Shown here in pieces: positions 28,986-39,276 of a stretch of 64,000 bases of DNA. Position numbers and translations under genes: made by a program. The stretch comes from an uncultured Hymenobacter sp. GTDB lineage: Bacteria; Bacteroidota; Bacteroidia; Cytophagales; Hymenobacteraceae. Each line of letters starts with the position of its first letter. The first letter of the stretch is position 1. Where the stretch lies: the NCBI GenBank assembly GCA_964243255.1, contig CAXTFI010000002.1:3243-67242 (forward strand), read 5' to 3'. The notes beneath the pieces are model-generated. The model was not told the DNA's origin, did not search any database, and worked only from the letters and a program-made list of their open reading frames with translations.

Positions 28986-29969
28986 TCAGCCGATTATTGG
29001 GGCAGGAGCACCCGTTTGCAGCTGGTGTAATAAATATGCGTAGAACCGAGGCTTATCTACGCGTTTGGCCACGCTTACCCACTGCCCCGACCCGGCCTGC
29101 CGGTAGGTCTGCCCTGCACTTGGCCCGTTGGGAGTTACGGCTAGTTCGAGGCGCTCCACGTCGAAAGCATGGGGGATGGCTAGGTAACTCGTCGCCAGCA
29201 CATCCCACATAAAATAGGTGTAAGCGTAGGCTGGAATCGTGTCGATGGTGGTAGCCCAAAACTGGCCGGCCAGGTTTACGAGCGGGTGGTTAGCCTGCCG
29301 CGCTAATTGTTGCAGAAACGCCCAGTCTACCGGCACTTCGTTGGTGACGTCGAGCGGAATGAGGGTCAGGGGCAGGTGAAGTGCCAGCAGTTGGCGGGCG
29401 GCCTCAGGGTCCCAGAAGACGTTCCACTCGGCGCTACCATCGTGGTTATAGGTTTGCACGTTACCGGACACGTCCACCGCGCCCCCCATCCAAACTACTT
29501 GTTCAATGCGCGACGCTAGTTCCGGCGCTAAGGCCAGGGCGTGCACGAGGTTGCTGCACGGTCCCGTCAGCAGCACCGTGACGGGCTGCGTAGCCGCTGC
29601 CAGCAGGTCGCGCATTACTAGTGGGCTCGGGCGCGGGTCTACCTGGGTAGGCGAGGGGCAGAGGTTGATAAGGGCCGGCAGCGCGTTAAGAATCCGTGGC
29701 TTAGCCCGCCACGTCGCTGGGAAGGCATTCACCCCGTGGAACTGTCCCACGCTTATGGGTACCGTCAGTTGCTGGTGTAGTAGCAGCAGTTTGAGGGTGG
29801 TTTCCAGCGCATTTTCGGCGTAGCAGTCGGCCGGCGTGATGCTGACACCCAGCAGCTCTACTTCCGCCATTGATAAGAGCAACAGCAGAGACAGAAAGTC
29901 GTCGGCCGACCCGTCGTGGTCGAACAGCACGGGTACGGGGCATTTTGGGGGTAGTTTTACCGCATTCAT
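28986..29969 (-). CDS. Nucleoside hydrolase (IU-NH family)
   Basis: DHDGSADD, TGPCSN, WMGGA, AEWNVFWDP, IPLDVT and YFMWD motifs. Confidence 0.92.
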   Translation of the reverse strand: MNAVKLPPKCPVPVLFDHDGSADDFLSLLLLLSMAEVELLGVSITPADCYAENALETTLKLLLLHQQLTVPISVGQFHGVNAFPATWRAKPRILNALPALINLCPSPTQVDPRPSPLVMRDLLAAATQPVTVLLTGPCSNLVHALALAPELASRIEQVVWMGGAVDVSGNVQTYNHDGSAEWNVFWDPEAARQLLALHLPLTLIPLDVTNEVPVDWAFLQQLARQANHPLVNLAGQFWATTIDTIPAYAYTYFMWDVLATSYLAIPHAFDVERLELAVTPNGPSAGQTYRQAGSGQWVSVAKRVDKPRFYAYLLHQLQTGAPAPIIG

Positions 29970-29978
29970 GAGTCTGAG

Positions 29979-30021
29979 TTAACGTAGTAATTACGTAAAC
30001 TTAGCGTATAAAGTACGTTTA
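29979..30021. promoter_or_regulatory. Two tandem NrtR-type operators
   Basis: TTAACGTAGTAATTACGTAAA (29979-29999) and TTAGCGTATAAAGTACGTTTA (30001-30021), both 21-bp GT-N7-AC palindromes. Confidence 0.75.
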
Positions 30022-30027
30022 TAAAAA

Positions 30028-30699
30028 ATGCTCTTCAAAATAGCAGTCGACTGCATTATTCTGGCCTACGACTGCGCAGCCAATCGCTTAGTCCTTTTGC
30101 TAGTGCGGCGGGAAAATGAGCCGGCGCAGGGCCAGTGGGCATTGCCGGGTGGCTTCGTTACCCAAATCGAGGATTTTGAGGTTACTGCCGCACGGAAGCT
30201 CCAGCAGGAAACCGGGGTAGAACAGGTGTACCTGGAGCAGCTGCGAGCCTACAGCCTGACCGATGCCAGCCCGGGGCAGCGTCTTGCGTCGGTAGCCTAC
30301 TACGCGCTCATCGAGTTGGCCCGTTATGCCCCCACCACCGCCCCAACCCACCAGGCCGAGTGGTTTCCGGTGGCGAGCCTGCCGGCCCTGCCCTTTGACC
30401 ACGGGCAGAAAGTGCAGGATGCCTTGCAGCGGCTTAAGGAGAGCTTACAAATTAAGCCCTTGCCGTTTTACCTGTTGCCGCGCAAGTTTCCGCTCAACCA
30501 GTTGCAAAAGTTCTACGAGGCCATCCACCAGGTGGTGCTCGACAACCGTAACTTTCGTAAGTGGGTGAAGGGGCGGCCGTACATAGAGTCGTTGAACGAA
30601 TTGGAAACTAACGTTTCGCATCGCCCCGGTAAGCTCTACCAGTTCAATCAGCTTACCTACGATGCGTTCACCCAGGCCACTCAGGGCTTACCTTATTAG
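30028..30699 (+). CDS. nrtR: NrtR family regulator (Nudix + winged helix)
   Basis: AVDCII, WALPGGFV, YLEQL, LPFDH and DNRNFRK...HRPGKLYQF. Confidence 0.9.
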   Translation: MLFKIAVDCIILAYDCAANRLVLLLVRRENEPAQGQWALPGGFVTQIEDFEVTAARKLQQETGVEQVYLEQLRAYSLTDASPGQRLASVAYYALIELARYAPTTAPTHQAEWFPVASLPALPFDHGQKVQDALQRLKESLQIKPLPFYLLPRKFPLNQLQKFYEAIHQVVLDNRNFRKWVKGRPYIESLNELETNVSHRPGKLYQFNQLTYDAFTQATQGLPY

Positions 30700-30758
30700 G
30701 GCCTGGTCTAGCCGCCACGTCGTGCGGGGGCGGCCAAATTAAGCGGCTACCTTTCCCT

Positions 30759-31966
30759 ATGTCAACAGTTAAATTTTGCTTCACTTGGTGGCAACTTCTT
30801 TGGTGCAGTGGCGGCCTCCTGATTAGTCAGCAAACTGTCTGTGCGCAGGGCACGCAGGCCCCCGTGGAGGTGCGCGTGCTGCTGGCCCCGCAGCCGGTGG
30901 CGGGCAGCGATGGGCTGGTGCACGTAGCCTACGAGCTGCACGTCACCAACTACTACCAGTCTACCGGCACGCTTCATCTCCAGCAGCTTACCGTGCGGGC
31001 CGACGACGGCCCGCTGGTGCTGGCCAGCTTTGCCGGCCCGGCCGCCAACCGCCTTCTAGGGCACCCGGCCACTGGCCCGGATACGGTGGCCGTCCCAATT
31101 GAGGCTGGTAAGCGCGTGGTGCTTTACCTCTGGCTCACCTTGCCCGCCAACCGGCCTCACCCTCAGTACTTGCGGCATCAGCTCGTTTTCACGGCCTCGG
31201 GCGGTGGGCGGCAGGTGGTAGATGGGGTCCGTACCACGCTGAACCCAGTTCCTCCGGTGGTGCTGGGTGCCCCGCTACGGGCGGGGCCGTGGCTCGCCTA
31301 CGCGGGGCCGGGCAATGCCCAGGCGCACCACTGGAATGGGGTGGTAGTAATCAATGGCCAGACGACGATTCCGCAACGCTACGCCACTGATTTTTACGGT
31401 CTCACGCCCACTGGGCACGTGCTACGCCGTCCGGTAGCCTTCGACCAGCTCAGCACCACCACGCACGCCGATTGGGTAGGCTTCGGGGCCGACGTGTTGG
31501 CCGTGGCCGATGGCATCGTACGCGATGCGCGCGACGGGGAGCCCAACCGTTTACCAATGAGCCCACAGCCGGCCCTTACTGACCTGACGGAGCGCATCCT
31601 GATGGGCAACTTCGTGGTACTGGAAGTTGCACCGGGCGTATTCGCGCACTATGCACACCTGCAACCCGGTAGCCTGACGGTGAAGGTGGGCGACCGGGTG
31701 CGGCGGGGTAGCGTGCTGGGCCGCCTGGGACAATCTGGTCAGGCTCCGCTGCCGCACCTGCACTTCCAGGTAAGCAACGCCATTACGTTTGAAGAATCGG
31801 AGGGCCTGCCATTCATTTTTCGAGCCTTCGAGCCTTCGAGCGTACGGGGTCGGCCACGCTGGGTGAGGCGCTGGACCAGACTATTAAGGTGCCCGCCACG
31901 TCGGCTCTAGCGAAACCCTGCCAGCAGCAACTGCCATTAGATGGCGATGTTGTCGTGTTTAAATAG
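30759..31966 (+). CDS. M23 family metallopeptidase; C-terminal tail frameshifted (stop at 31910, ancestral stop likely 31966)
   Basis: QRYATDF, VLAVADG, GNFVVL, YAHLQPGS and PHLHF; three TTCGAGC(C/G) copies at 31819-31842. Confidence 0.85.
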
Positions 31967-32163
31967 AAGTGTGTCAACTCATCAGCTACTGACTGAGCAG
32001 TTGCTAGTGGGCCAATTGGTTGAAGCAGATGGGCAGCAGGGTAGGGGGAGTTCAGTCTATACCGGGTCGGAGGCGTGCAGTGAGTAGGTAATTGGCTGGT
32101 CGCGTCACGCGCTGGAGCAGTACCGGGTGTTACATTTAGAACAACTTTTCGCCCGCTTGCTTC

Positions 32164-34308
32164 ATGGCTGCTACTCCACTCAAACTTGGTTCCTACGCCG
32201 GCCTTACGCTGGCGCTCTTTGGCCTCGCTTCGTATCGCTTTTATGAGCGCCAAGGTGCCCAGGACCCGCCGAGTAAGGAGCAGGTGCTGGTGGGTTCTAT
32301 TGCGCAGGGGCTTTCGCAAGCGCATTACCAGCCCCAGCGCCTCGACGACAACTTCAGCCGGCGCGTGTACGAGCTGGCCCTAAAGCGCTTGGATTACCGC
32401 CGCAAGTTTTTGTTGCAAGCCGACGTGGCGCAACTAGCGAAGTACCAGCTTGACATCGACGACGAGACTAAGCGCGGTACCCGGGAGTTCCTCGACCTGA
32501 GCACCCGGCTCATGACCGAGCGCACCCAGCAGGTGCAGGCTCTGGTGGCTGAGCTGCTGGCCCAACCCTTCACCTTCGACGCCGACGAGACTATCCAAAC
32601 CGACTACGAAAAGACGGCCTTTCCAACCTCAGTGGCTGACCGCCGGGAGCAATGGCGCAAGCAACTCAAGTACGAGACACTGGCCCGCGTAGCCGAGCTG
32701 CTCGACGAGCAGGACAAGCGTCGTGACCGGGTGCGCCTGGCCAGCCTGCGCCACGAGCCGCTGCCAACCGCCCCCGCCGAGCGTACCGTGGCCCAACTCG
32801 AAGTGGAGGCCCGCCAGCGCTTGCGCAAATACTACGATGAGCAATTCGCCGAGCAGCCCGACGCCGACGAACTGTTGGCCCGCTACGCTAACATCATCGC
32901 CAATACCTATGACCCGCACACCGACTACTTAGCCCCCCAGCGCAAGGAAGACTTTGACTTTCAGCTCACGGGGCGCATGGACGGCATCGGCGCGCTGCTG
33001 CACGAGCGCGAGGGCTTTATTTACATTGAAGACATTGTGCCTGGCTCAGCCTCTTACCGGCAGGGTGAGTTAAAAAAGGGCGACGCCATTCTGCGCGTGG
33101 CCCAGGGCGCGGCCGAACCCGTGAGCATTGAGGGCTGGCACGCCAATAAGGCCGTGACTCTGATTCGGGGCAAGAAAGGTACGGAAGTGCGCCTGACGGT
33201 GAAAAGGGCCGATGGCTCCACCAAGGTCATTTCCATCGTGCGCGACGTAGTACTGAACGAAGCCACTTACGCCCAGTCGGCCGTCATTAACGACCCGAGC
33301 GGCCTGAAAATCGGCTACCTGCGCCTGCCTGTTTTTTATGCCGACTTCAAGGATGAGGGTGGCCGTTCGTCGGCCGAGGACGTGAAGAAGGAACTGGCCA
33401 AGCTCACGGCCGAAGGTGTGAAAGGTATCGTCTTTGACCTGCGCGAAAACGGGGGCGGCTCCCTCCGTGATGCCGTGGACATGGCCGGCCTCTTTATTCC
33501 CAGCGGCCCGGTGGTGCAGGTGCACGACAGCCGCGGCACCACGAGCGTGCTCGACGACCGCGACCCGCGCGTGCAGTACGCGGGCCCGCTGGTGGTGCTG
33601 GTGAACAAGCACAGTGCCTCGGCCTCCGAAATTCTGGCCGCCGCCATTCAGGACTACAAGCGCGGCCTCATCATCGGCACGCCCACTACCTACGGCAAGG
33701 GTACCGTGCAGCGCATCGTGGACCTCGACGAAACGCTGCCCGCTACGCTCAATACCTTTAAGCCGCTGGGTTCTTTGAAGTTCACGATGCAGAAATTCTA
33801 CCGCATCACGGGCAGCTCCACGCAGTTCAAGGGTGTTGCTTCTGACATTGTGTTGCCCGACGTAGCCTCGGACCTCGACGAGGGGGAGCAGCAAGCGGAC
33901 TACGCGCTGCCGTGGGATGAGATTAAGCCTTCCAGCTACCGCCCTTGGGACGCGCAGCCCAACTACGCCCAGCTCGAAGCCAACAGCAAGGCCCGCGTGG
34001 CCGCCAACCCCAGCTTCCGGCAGCTGACGGCCATCGTGCAAAGCCTGCGCAAGCGCCAGACCGAAACAGTCGTAACGCTACAACTCGACAAATTCCGGGC
34101 CCGGCGCCACCTGCTCCAGACGGAGGCCGAGAAGTACGAGGCGCTGCAAGCCACGGCAAAGCCCCTGGCCCTGGCCCAGTTGGCCGCCGACCGTCAGGCG
34201 CTGCAAGGTGATTCAGCCCAGGTCAGCCGGGCCATGCGCTTTACCCGGGGGCTGCCCAAAGACCTGACCCTGAACGAGGCGGTGGCCGTGCTAAAGGACG
34301 CGCAATAA
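32164..34308 (+). CDS. prc: Carboxy-terminal processing protease (S41A, Tsp/Prc)
   Basis: YDPHTDY, PDZ GIGA, DLRENGGGSL, SASASEI, GKGTVQ and QKFYRITG. Confidence 0.93.
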   Translation: MAATPLKLGSYAGLTLALFGLASYRFYERQGAQDPPSKEQVLVGSIAQGLSQAHYQPQRLDDNFSRRVYELALKRLDYRRKFLLQADVAQLAKYQLDIDDETKRGTREFLDLSTRLMTERTQQVQALVAELLAQPFTFDADETIQTDYEKTAFPTSVADRREQWRKQLKYETLARVAELLDEQDKRRDRVRLASLRHEPLPTAPAERTVAQLEVEARQRLRKYYDEQFAEQPDADELLARYANIIANTYDPHTDYLAPQRKEDFDFQLTGRMDGIGALLHEREGFIYIEDIVPGSASYRQGELKKGDAILRVAQGAAEPVSIEGWHANKAVTLIRGKKGTEVRLTVKRADGSTKVISIVRDVVLNEATYAQSAVINDPSGLKIGYLRLPVFYADFKDEGGRSSAEDVKKELAKLTAEGVKGIVFDLRENGGGSLRDAVDMAGLFIPSGPVVQVHDSRGTTSVLDDRDPRVQYAGPLVVLVNKHSASASEILAAAIQDYKRGLIIGTPTTYGKGTVQRIVDLDETLPATLNTFKPLGSLKFTMQKFYRITGSSTQFKGVASDIVLPDVASDLDEGEQQADYALPWDEIKPSSYRPWDAQPNYAQLEANSKARVAANPSFRQLTAIVQSLRKRQTETVVTLQLDKFRARRHLLQTEAEKYEALQATAKPLALAQLAADRQALQGDSAQVSRAMRFTRGLPKDLTLNEAVAVLKDAQ

Positions 34309-34390
34309 GCTTCATGGGTGGAGTATGCGGCCGGCTCAAATGGAAAAGATTTGCTGCCGGCGGTTATCTACCCTCAGGCAACCGGGTGCA

Positions 34391-35470
34391 TTAGCGCCGG
34401 GGGTGGTTCTTTTTCAACTCGGCCAGCAGCACAGGGAAGAATTGCCCAAAGTCACGGTACTGCGAACGGCCGTAATACTGACGCTCGATGATACCTAACA
34501 GCTCGGCGTACAGCAGGTAGAACTCATCGGGCGACGTTTCCAGTTCGGCCTCCCGGCTAACCTTGCCCGTGCGAATGCGCAGCAGGCTCGTTACGGCCTG
34601 CGTTGTGTTCTCATTGAGGTAGTTGGCCCACCCCCCGCGCAACGCCGCCTTACTTTTAATGGCGGGGTCTTGCTGCATGATGTAGTCCAACGCCTGAATT
34701 TCTGCTTTGTGCTGCCGAAAGACCGGCGCCAAATACGTGTGTCCCAACTCGTGCCAGGTAAGCTGAGAAGTTTGGGCTGGTGCATAAAAAGTAGGAGTCT
34801 TCGTCAGAGAGTCGTGGTGCTGCACTACCTGACTATAGGCCACCATAATGGTACTCTGGTTGGGAAGGTTGGGGTTGATGCCGCGCAGGTCTGACATCGC
34901 GTAGGAGCCACAGTTGAGGGCCCCCAGCGTAAAGACTATGGGCTTACCGCGCCGCAGGCGGTAAAAGGCATCCATTGTTTGTAGCATACCCTCCTGGTAG
35001 AGCCCGTGCTCAAAGCTGGCAACCCAGCGGGCGTACTCGGGCGCGTGGGCTTGGTAAAAGTCCCAAAAATGACTGTCCTCGTAGAAGCGGGCACAGGCCT
35101 GGAAGTACGCCTGCAACTGGGCCAAGTCACCGACTTTCTCGTAGCCGTCCATATGGGCCGGCTGCATAGTCGCCACTTTTAGTGTCGGGAAATTATAAAA
35201 TGCCCAGCTCAGGCGCACTGGGAAGTCGCAACTGATGTGCGGCAGGCTGCGGGCAAGCCGTACGGCTGGGTGCTGCCGGTACGCCTGGAAATACCGAAGC
35301 ACTTCCCCGTTATAAGTAGACTTCGCCATTTCGGCCGTGTCGGCCAGTAGATGAATGACTTGCAGCAGCTCGGTGCCAGGATAGACAACCACTTTGACCG
35401 GAGCCTGGGCTCGACTCGGAGCGCAAAAGAATAGGCCCAGCAGGGCGAAGAAGTACAGGCGTAGTGTCAT
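34391..35470 (-). CDS. Secreted DUF4932-like protein (HExxH)
   Basis: Signal peptide; FYEDSHFWDFY, WHELGHTY and downstream NEN, a possible zinc peptidase. Confidence 0.65.
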   Translation of the reverse strand: MTLRLYFFALLGLFFCAPSRAQAPVKVVVYPGTELLQVIHLLADTAEMAKSTYNGEVLRYFQAYRQHPAVRLARSLPHISCDFPVRLSWAFYNFPTLKVATMQPAHMDGYEKVGDLAQLQAYFQACARFYEDSHFWDFYQAHAPEYARWVASFEHGLYQEGMLQTMDAFYRLRRGKPIVFTLGALNCGSYAMSDLRGINPNLPNQSTIMVAYSQVVQHHDSLTKTPTFYAPAQTSQLTWHELGHTYLAPVFRQHKAEIQALDYIMQQDPAIKSKAALRGGWANYLNENTTQAVTSLLRIRTGKVSREAELETSPDEFYLLYAELLGIIERQYYGRSQYRDFGQFFPVLLAELKKNHPRR

Positions 35471-35494
35471 GGGATGTAGATGAAAAAGCTTGAT

Positions 35495-37939
35495 TTAGAG
35501 GCCGCTGCCTGAGCGATTAGTGTTTTCCTGCACGTTGGTACTGCGACTGCTGGTGCGCGCATTAACGTTGCCCAGATTGTAGGTCAGTAGCAGGCGCAGG
35601 AGGCGGTTGGTGCCCCGGCTCACGTTGAGGGCCTGTAGCTCGGGGGCATCGTAGCGCACGCGGTAGCGGTAGAGGTCGAAGGCATCACTGAGGTTTAGCT
35701 TGAGGGTAGCCCGTTGGTGGGCGAAGGTTTTGCGCAGGCCAAAATCCACCGATGTGGCGGGGCGGCTGCGCTCGAAGGCGCCCATCGCCTCGCCCGACAG
35801 TGCGTCGGCGGCTACCTCTAGCACCCACTGCCGGGGTAGGGTGGCGGTAGCCGTCACTGCGCCCCCAAAAGAGGGCACTTGCGTGTTGACTTCGGTATCA
35901 TTCACCGTTACCTGGTACAGGCGATAAGCGTACCAGTAGCTCACATCCAGGTGCAGCCAGCGGGCGGGGTCGAGCGGCACCGTGCCGTTGACATTGTACC
36001 AGGCCACCTGGCGGGGGGTAGTGTTGGTGAAGGAAGTGCGCACCAGCGTCTCGCCCGGCCTGGTGGTTTGGTCAAGGGTGTAGTAGGAAGAGTAGACCTG
36101 GGTGGCCCGGTCGTAGGAAAGGGTCGTCACCACAGCCTCCTTCCAGACGTGACGCAACGACACACTGTGCGTAAGGAACGGCAGCAGCGTAGCATCGCCC
36201 TGGCGATACTCGTAGCGGCCCGTAAAGCGCTGAAACGGGCTGTACTGGTAGTAGTTGGGGCGGTCGAGGCGGCGGCTGTACGCCAGCGTCAGCTGCTGGC
36301 GCGGCCCCAGCGGCCGGGTCAGCGAGGCAGAGGGCATCAGGTTGAGGTAGCGGCGGATTACGACCGGGGCGCCCTGCTCGTCGTAGCCGTCGGCTACTGT
36401 TTGCTCAGCCCGTAGGCCCGCCTGCCACTTCAAACTATTGAAGTGCCCGCTAGCCTGCCCATAAGCGGCCCCGATGGCTTCAACAAAGCGGAAATAGTTT
36501 TGGCGCAGCGGGCCGGGTGCGAAGTCGCTGCTGAAAGGGTTGCGGTTGTCCGTGCGCGTGAGCTGGGTGCCCGCTTCATAGCGCAGCCCCCGGCGGGTAG
36601 GCTGCACGTAGTCGGCCCGGACCGTGAAAATGGGGCTGGTGAAGGGGCTGGCCAGGTGGTTTGCGGCTTGCTTGGCGAGAGCGGGCGGAGCCGGCACGTA
36701 GGTGCGGTAGGCGAAGTCGGACGTCAGCTCCTGGTGCAGGTAAGCCCCGTCGAGGCTCAACGTCAGCTGCCGGCCCAGCGAGTCGAGGCGGTGCACGAGC
36801 TGGCCACTGAGCGTGGTGTAGCGTTGGCGGGTCAGGCGCTGCTGGTCGGTGTGCAGCTCGTAGCCGGGGCTAGCCACCGGCTGGCTGCGTAGCACCCCGT
36901 GCAGGCTGAACTGGTCGAGGCTCCAGAGTTGCTGGGCCTGCACGCTCAGCGTGGTACGCGGCGTGGCGTATAGCTCCGCGTTGATAGTCAGGCGTTGCGT
37001 GCGCAGGTGGCTGCGGGTTTGGTCGTCACTTTGGCGCTGGGTCACCAGCTGGCCGTTTTCGAGCAAATGCTGGTCACGCCACTGCTCGCCGATAGTGTAG
37101 TTGTCTACGTTGCTGAGCGAGGCGTACACGCTGGCCCGCTTACCGCGCCGGCTAAAAGCCAGGTTTTGCTGGTGCTGAGGTGTGCTACCCAAAGCCCCAA
37201 AATAGCCGTAGGCCCCACCGGCTTGCAGGGTGTAGTAGCTACCGTAGCGCTGAGCCTTCTTGGTGCGGATATTGAGAATGCCGCCCGTACCGGATGCCTC
37301 GTAGCGCGCCGAAGGGTTTTGAATGACCTCAATGGTGGCCAGGTCTTCGCTGCGGAGCGAGCGCAGCAGTTGGGCGAGTTGCTCGGCTAAGAGGCGTACG
37401 GGCCGGTCGTCGAGCATGATAAGGGGCGGCTGGTTGCGTAGCAACACCTGTTCGCTACCCCGATTCACGGTCACGCCCGGCACCTTGGCCAACACCTCCA
37501 GTCCGTTGAGGCCGGCCTGGGTGGGGCTGGCTGCCACGTTGACTATCAGCTTATCGCCCTCCACCTGCAGCAGGGGTGGTCGGCCTGTTACAACCACCTC
37601 CCGCAAATCCTGCGCGCTGGCTTTCAGGGTGATGGTTGCCAATTGCCTACTGGGCTGCCCCGCCGCCAGCGTTACCAGCTGCCGGTAGGGGGCGTACCCC
37701 ACCGCCGAGACGCGCAGCAGATAAGGTCGCGGGAGCAGCTTGTTGAAGTGAAAATCGCCGTGCTGGTCGGTGGTCATGCCGCTCACAAATACCGAGTCAG
37801 GCGCGGTCAGTAGCACTACGCTGGCAAAGGGCAGCGGCTGCTGGTGCTCATCGCGTAGGTTGCCACTGAGGTGGCTGGTCTGGGCGTGTAAGCAACCGGG
37901 GAGCAGCATGCTGGCAGCTAGTAAGTAGCGGCAAATCAT
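35495..37939 (-). CDS. TonB-dependent-like outer-membrane receptor
   Basis: LPFASVVLL, LREVVVTG, IEVIQNPSARYEASGTGGILNI and GLRAEQT. Confidence 0.9.
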   Translation of the reverse strand: MICRYLLAASMLLPGCLHAQTSHLSGNLRDEHQQPLPFASVVLLTAPDSVFVSGMTTDQHGDFHFNKLLPRPYLLRVSAVGYAPYRQLVTLAAGQPSRQLATITLKASAQDLREVVVTGRPPLLQVEGDKLIVNVAASPTQAGLNGLEVLAKVPGVTVNRGSEQVLLRNQPPLIMLDDRPVRLLAEQLAQLLRSLRSEDLATIEVIQNPSARYEASGTGGILNIRTKKAQRYGSYYTLQAGGAYGYFGALGSTPQHQQNLAFSRRGKRASVYASLSNVDNYTIGEQWRDQHLLENGQLVTQRQSDDQTRSHLRTQRLTINAELYATPRTTLSVQAQQLWSLDQFSLHGVLRSQPVASPGYELHTDQQRLTRQRYTTLSGQLVHRLDSLGRQLTLSLDGAYLHQELTSDFAYRTYVPAPPALAKQAANHLASPFTSPIFTVRADYVQPTRRGLRYEAGTQLTRTDNRNPFSSDFAPGPLRQNYFRFVEAIGAAYGQASGHFNSLKWQAGLRAEQTVADGYDEQGAPVVIRRYLNLMPSASLTRPLGPRQQLTLAYSRRLDRPNYYQYSPFQRFTGRYEYRQGDATLLPFLTHSVSLRHVWKEAVVTTLSYDRATQVYSSYYTLDQTTRPGETLVRTSFTNTTPRQVAWYNVNGTVPLDPARWLHLDVSYWYAYRLYQVTVNDTEVNTQVPSFGGAVTATATLPRQWVLEVAADALSGEAMGAFERSRPATSVDFGLRKTFAHQRATLKLNLSDAFDLYRYRVRYDAPELQALNVSRGTNRLLRLLLTYNLGNVNARTSSRSTNVQENTNRSGSGL

Positions 37940-38145
37940 AGGGTAGCAGGGGAGACGGTGCCGTAAAAGTCCCTAGCCTACGCCACGCACTAAAGTCTTT
38001 TAGGCAAACCCTGGCCTCTTCTCGACCACCATCCCAGTCCGCAAAATCCCCGGCCTTTTTTTCGACCAACGCCCTTGGATTCTCGACAGCAAGGTTAGGC
38101 TCGTGGGGTGCTTGCGTAGTTCCTTCGGGGGCTTATTCCTTCCCC

Positions 38146-39276
38146 GTGACCATCCGCCAGCTACTCGACTATTATCAGCGCCAGCCGTGGCTGCGCGTCG
38201 CCGCCCACGGGCTGCTGTGGCTGTTGCTGTGGGTTTCGACGGAAGACCCTGACGCGTCTACGTCGGTCCTGTCCCGGCTGCTGGAGCTAGCCTACGCGAT
38301 GGTCAGCTTTTACCTGCTTTTTTATGGTCCGGTACCGCGCTGGTGGGGTAGGAGGCAATATGCGGGGCCGTTAGTGGTAGCGCTGGTCTTGGTGCTGAGC
38401 AGTGGCGCAGTAATCTACGGAGAGTACCAACTCGACAACCCGCACTCCACCTACGGTTTTTTGGCGGACTTCGAAAACTACGGGGTGCTGGCTATCTTCC
38501 TCTCTGTCCGGTACTTCTTCTACGCCTTTTACAACGGGCTGGTGCTCAACATGGCGGCCCCCAGCATGCTCAAATTGGCTAAAACCCTATACGAGCGTCA
38601 GTACACGCGCCAGCAAATCGAGCAGCTCACCCATCGCCTCCAACTCGACGCGTTGCTCGGCCAGGTCAGCCCGCACTTTTTATTCAACACCCTCAATAAC
38701 CTCTACGGCCTGGTGCTGCACGCCGATGCGCGGGCCCCGGCCATTACCCGGCAGTTGGCGGCCCTGCTGCGCTACACCGACGAGCTGGCTGGGCAGCCCT
38801 GGGTAACGCTGGAGGCCGAAGCTAATTTTATGGAAGACTTCCTGGCACTCATCCGACTCCGCTACAACTCGGGTGCGCGCCTCGAAAGCCACTGGCAGCT
38901 CGGGGCGGCCGGGGCCCGGCGCATTCCGCCGCTGCTGCTGCTGCCGCTGGTAGAAAATGCCGTGAAACACGGCCTGAGCCAGAGCCTGGGCGAGGCTTGG
39001 TTGTGCCTGCGTGCTGAAGTGCAAGCCAACGAAGTAGTCGTAATGGTGACTAACAGTCGCGTCGAATCACTGCTTCCGTCAGTCGCGCTAGGCGGCCTGG
39101 GGCTCTCGACTTTGCAGGAGCGGCTAGCGCTGATTTATCCCGGCGCCACCCCGCTGCACCTGGCGGCCACGGCTACAACCTTCCAGGCCACACTGCGGCT
39201 GCCGCTCCGGGCGGCTGCCAAGCCAGCTCACTCCTTACCGGTAACCGCTCCCTTGGCGGTGGCCGAGCCAGCGTGA
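38146..39276 (+). CDS. LytS-type sensor histidine kinase
   Basis: QVSPHFLFNTLNN, LVENAVKHG and GGLGL. Confidence 0.92.
   Translation: MTIRQLLDYYQRQPWLRVAAHGLLWLLLWVSTEDPDASTSVLSRLLELAYAMVSFYLLFYGPVPRWWGRRQYAGPLVVALVLVLSSGAVIYGEYQLDNPHSTYGFLADFENYGVLAIFLSVRYFFYAFYNGLVLNMAAPSMLKLAKTLYERQYTRQQIEQLTHRLQLDALLGQVSPHFLFNTLNNLYGLVLHADARAPAITRQLAALLRYTDELAGQPWVTLEAEANFMEDFLALIRLRYNSGARLESHWQLGAAGARRIPPLLLLPLVENAVKHGLSQSLGEAWLCLRAEVQANEVVVMVTNSRVESLLPSVALGGLGLSTLQERLALIYPGATPLHLAATATTFQATLRLPLRAAAKPAHSLPVTAPLAVAEPA

Noticed and set aside
28843-28986. Possible kinase P-loop remnant between the nucleoside hydrolase and Nudix genes
   Set aside because: Needs an assumed frameshift and gives only a poor GTTGPKRNTKG match.
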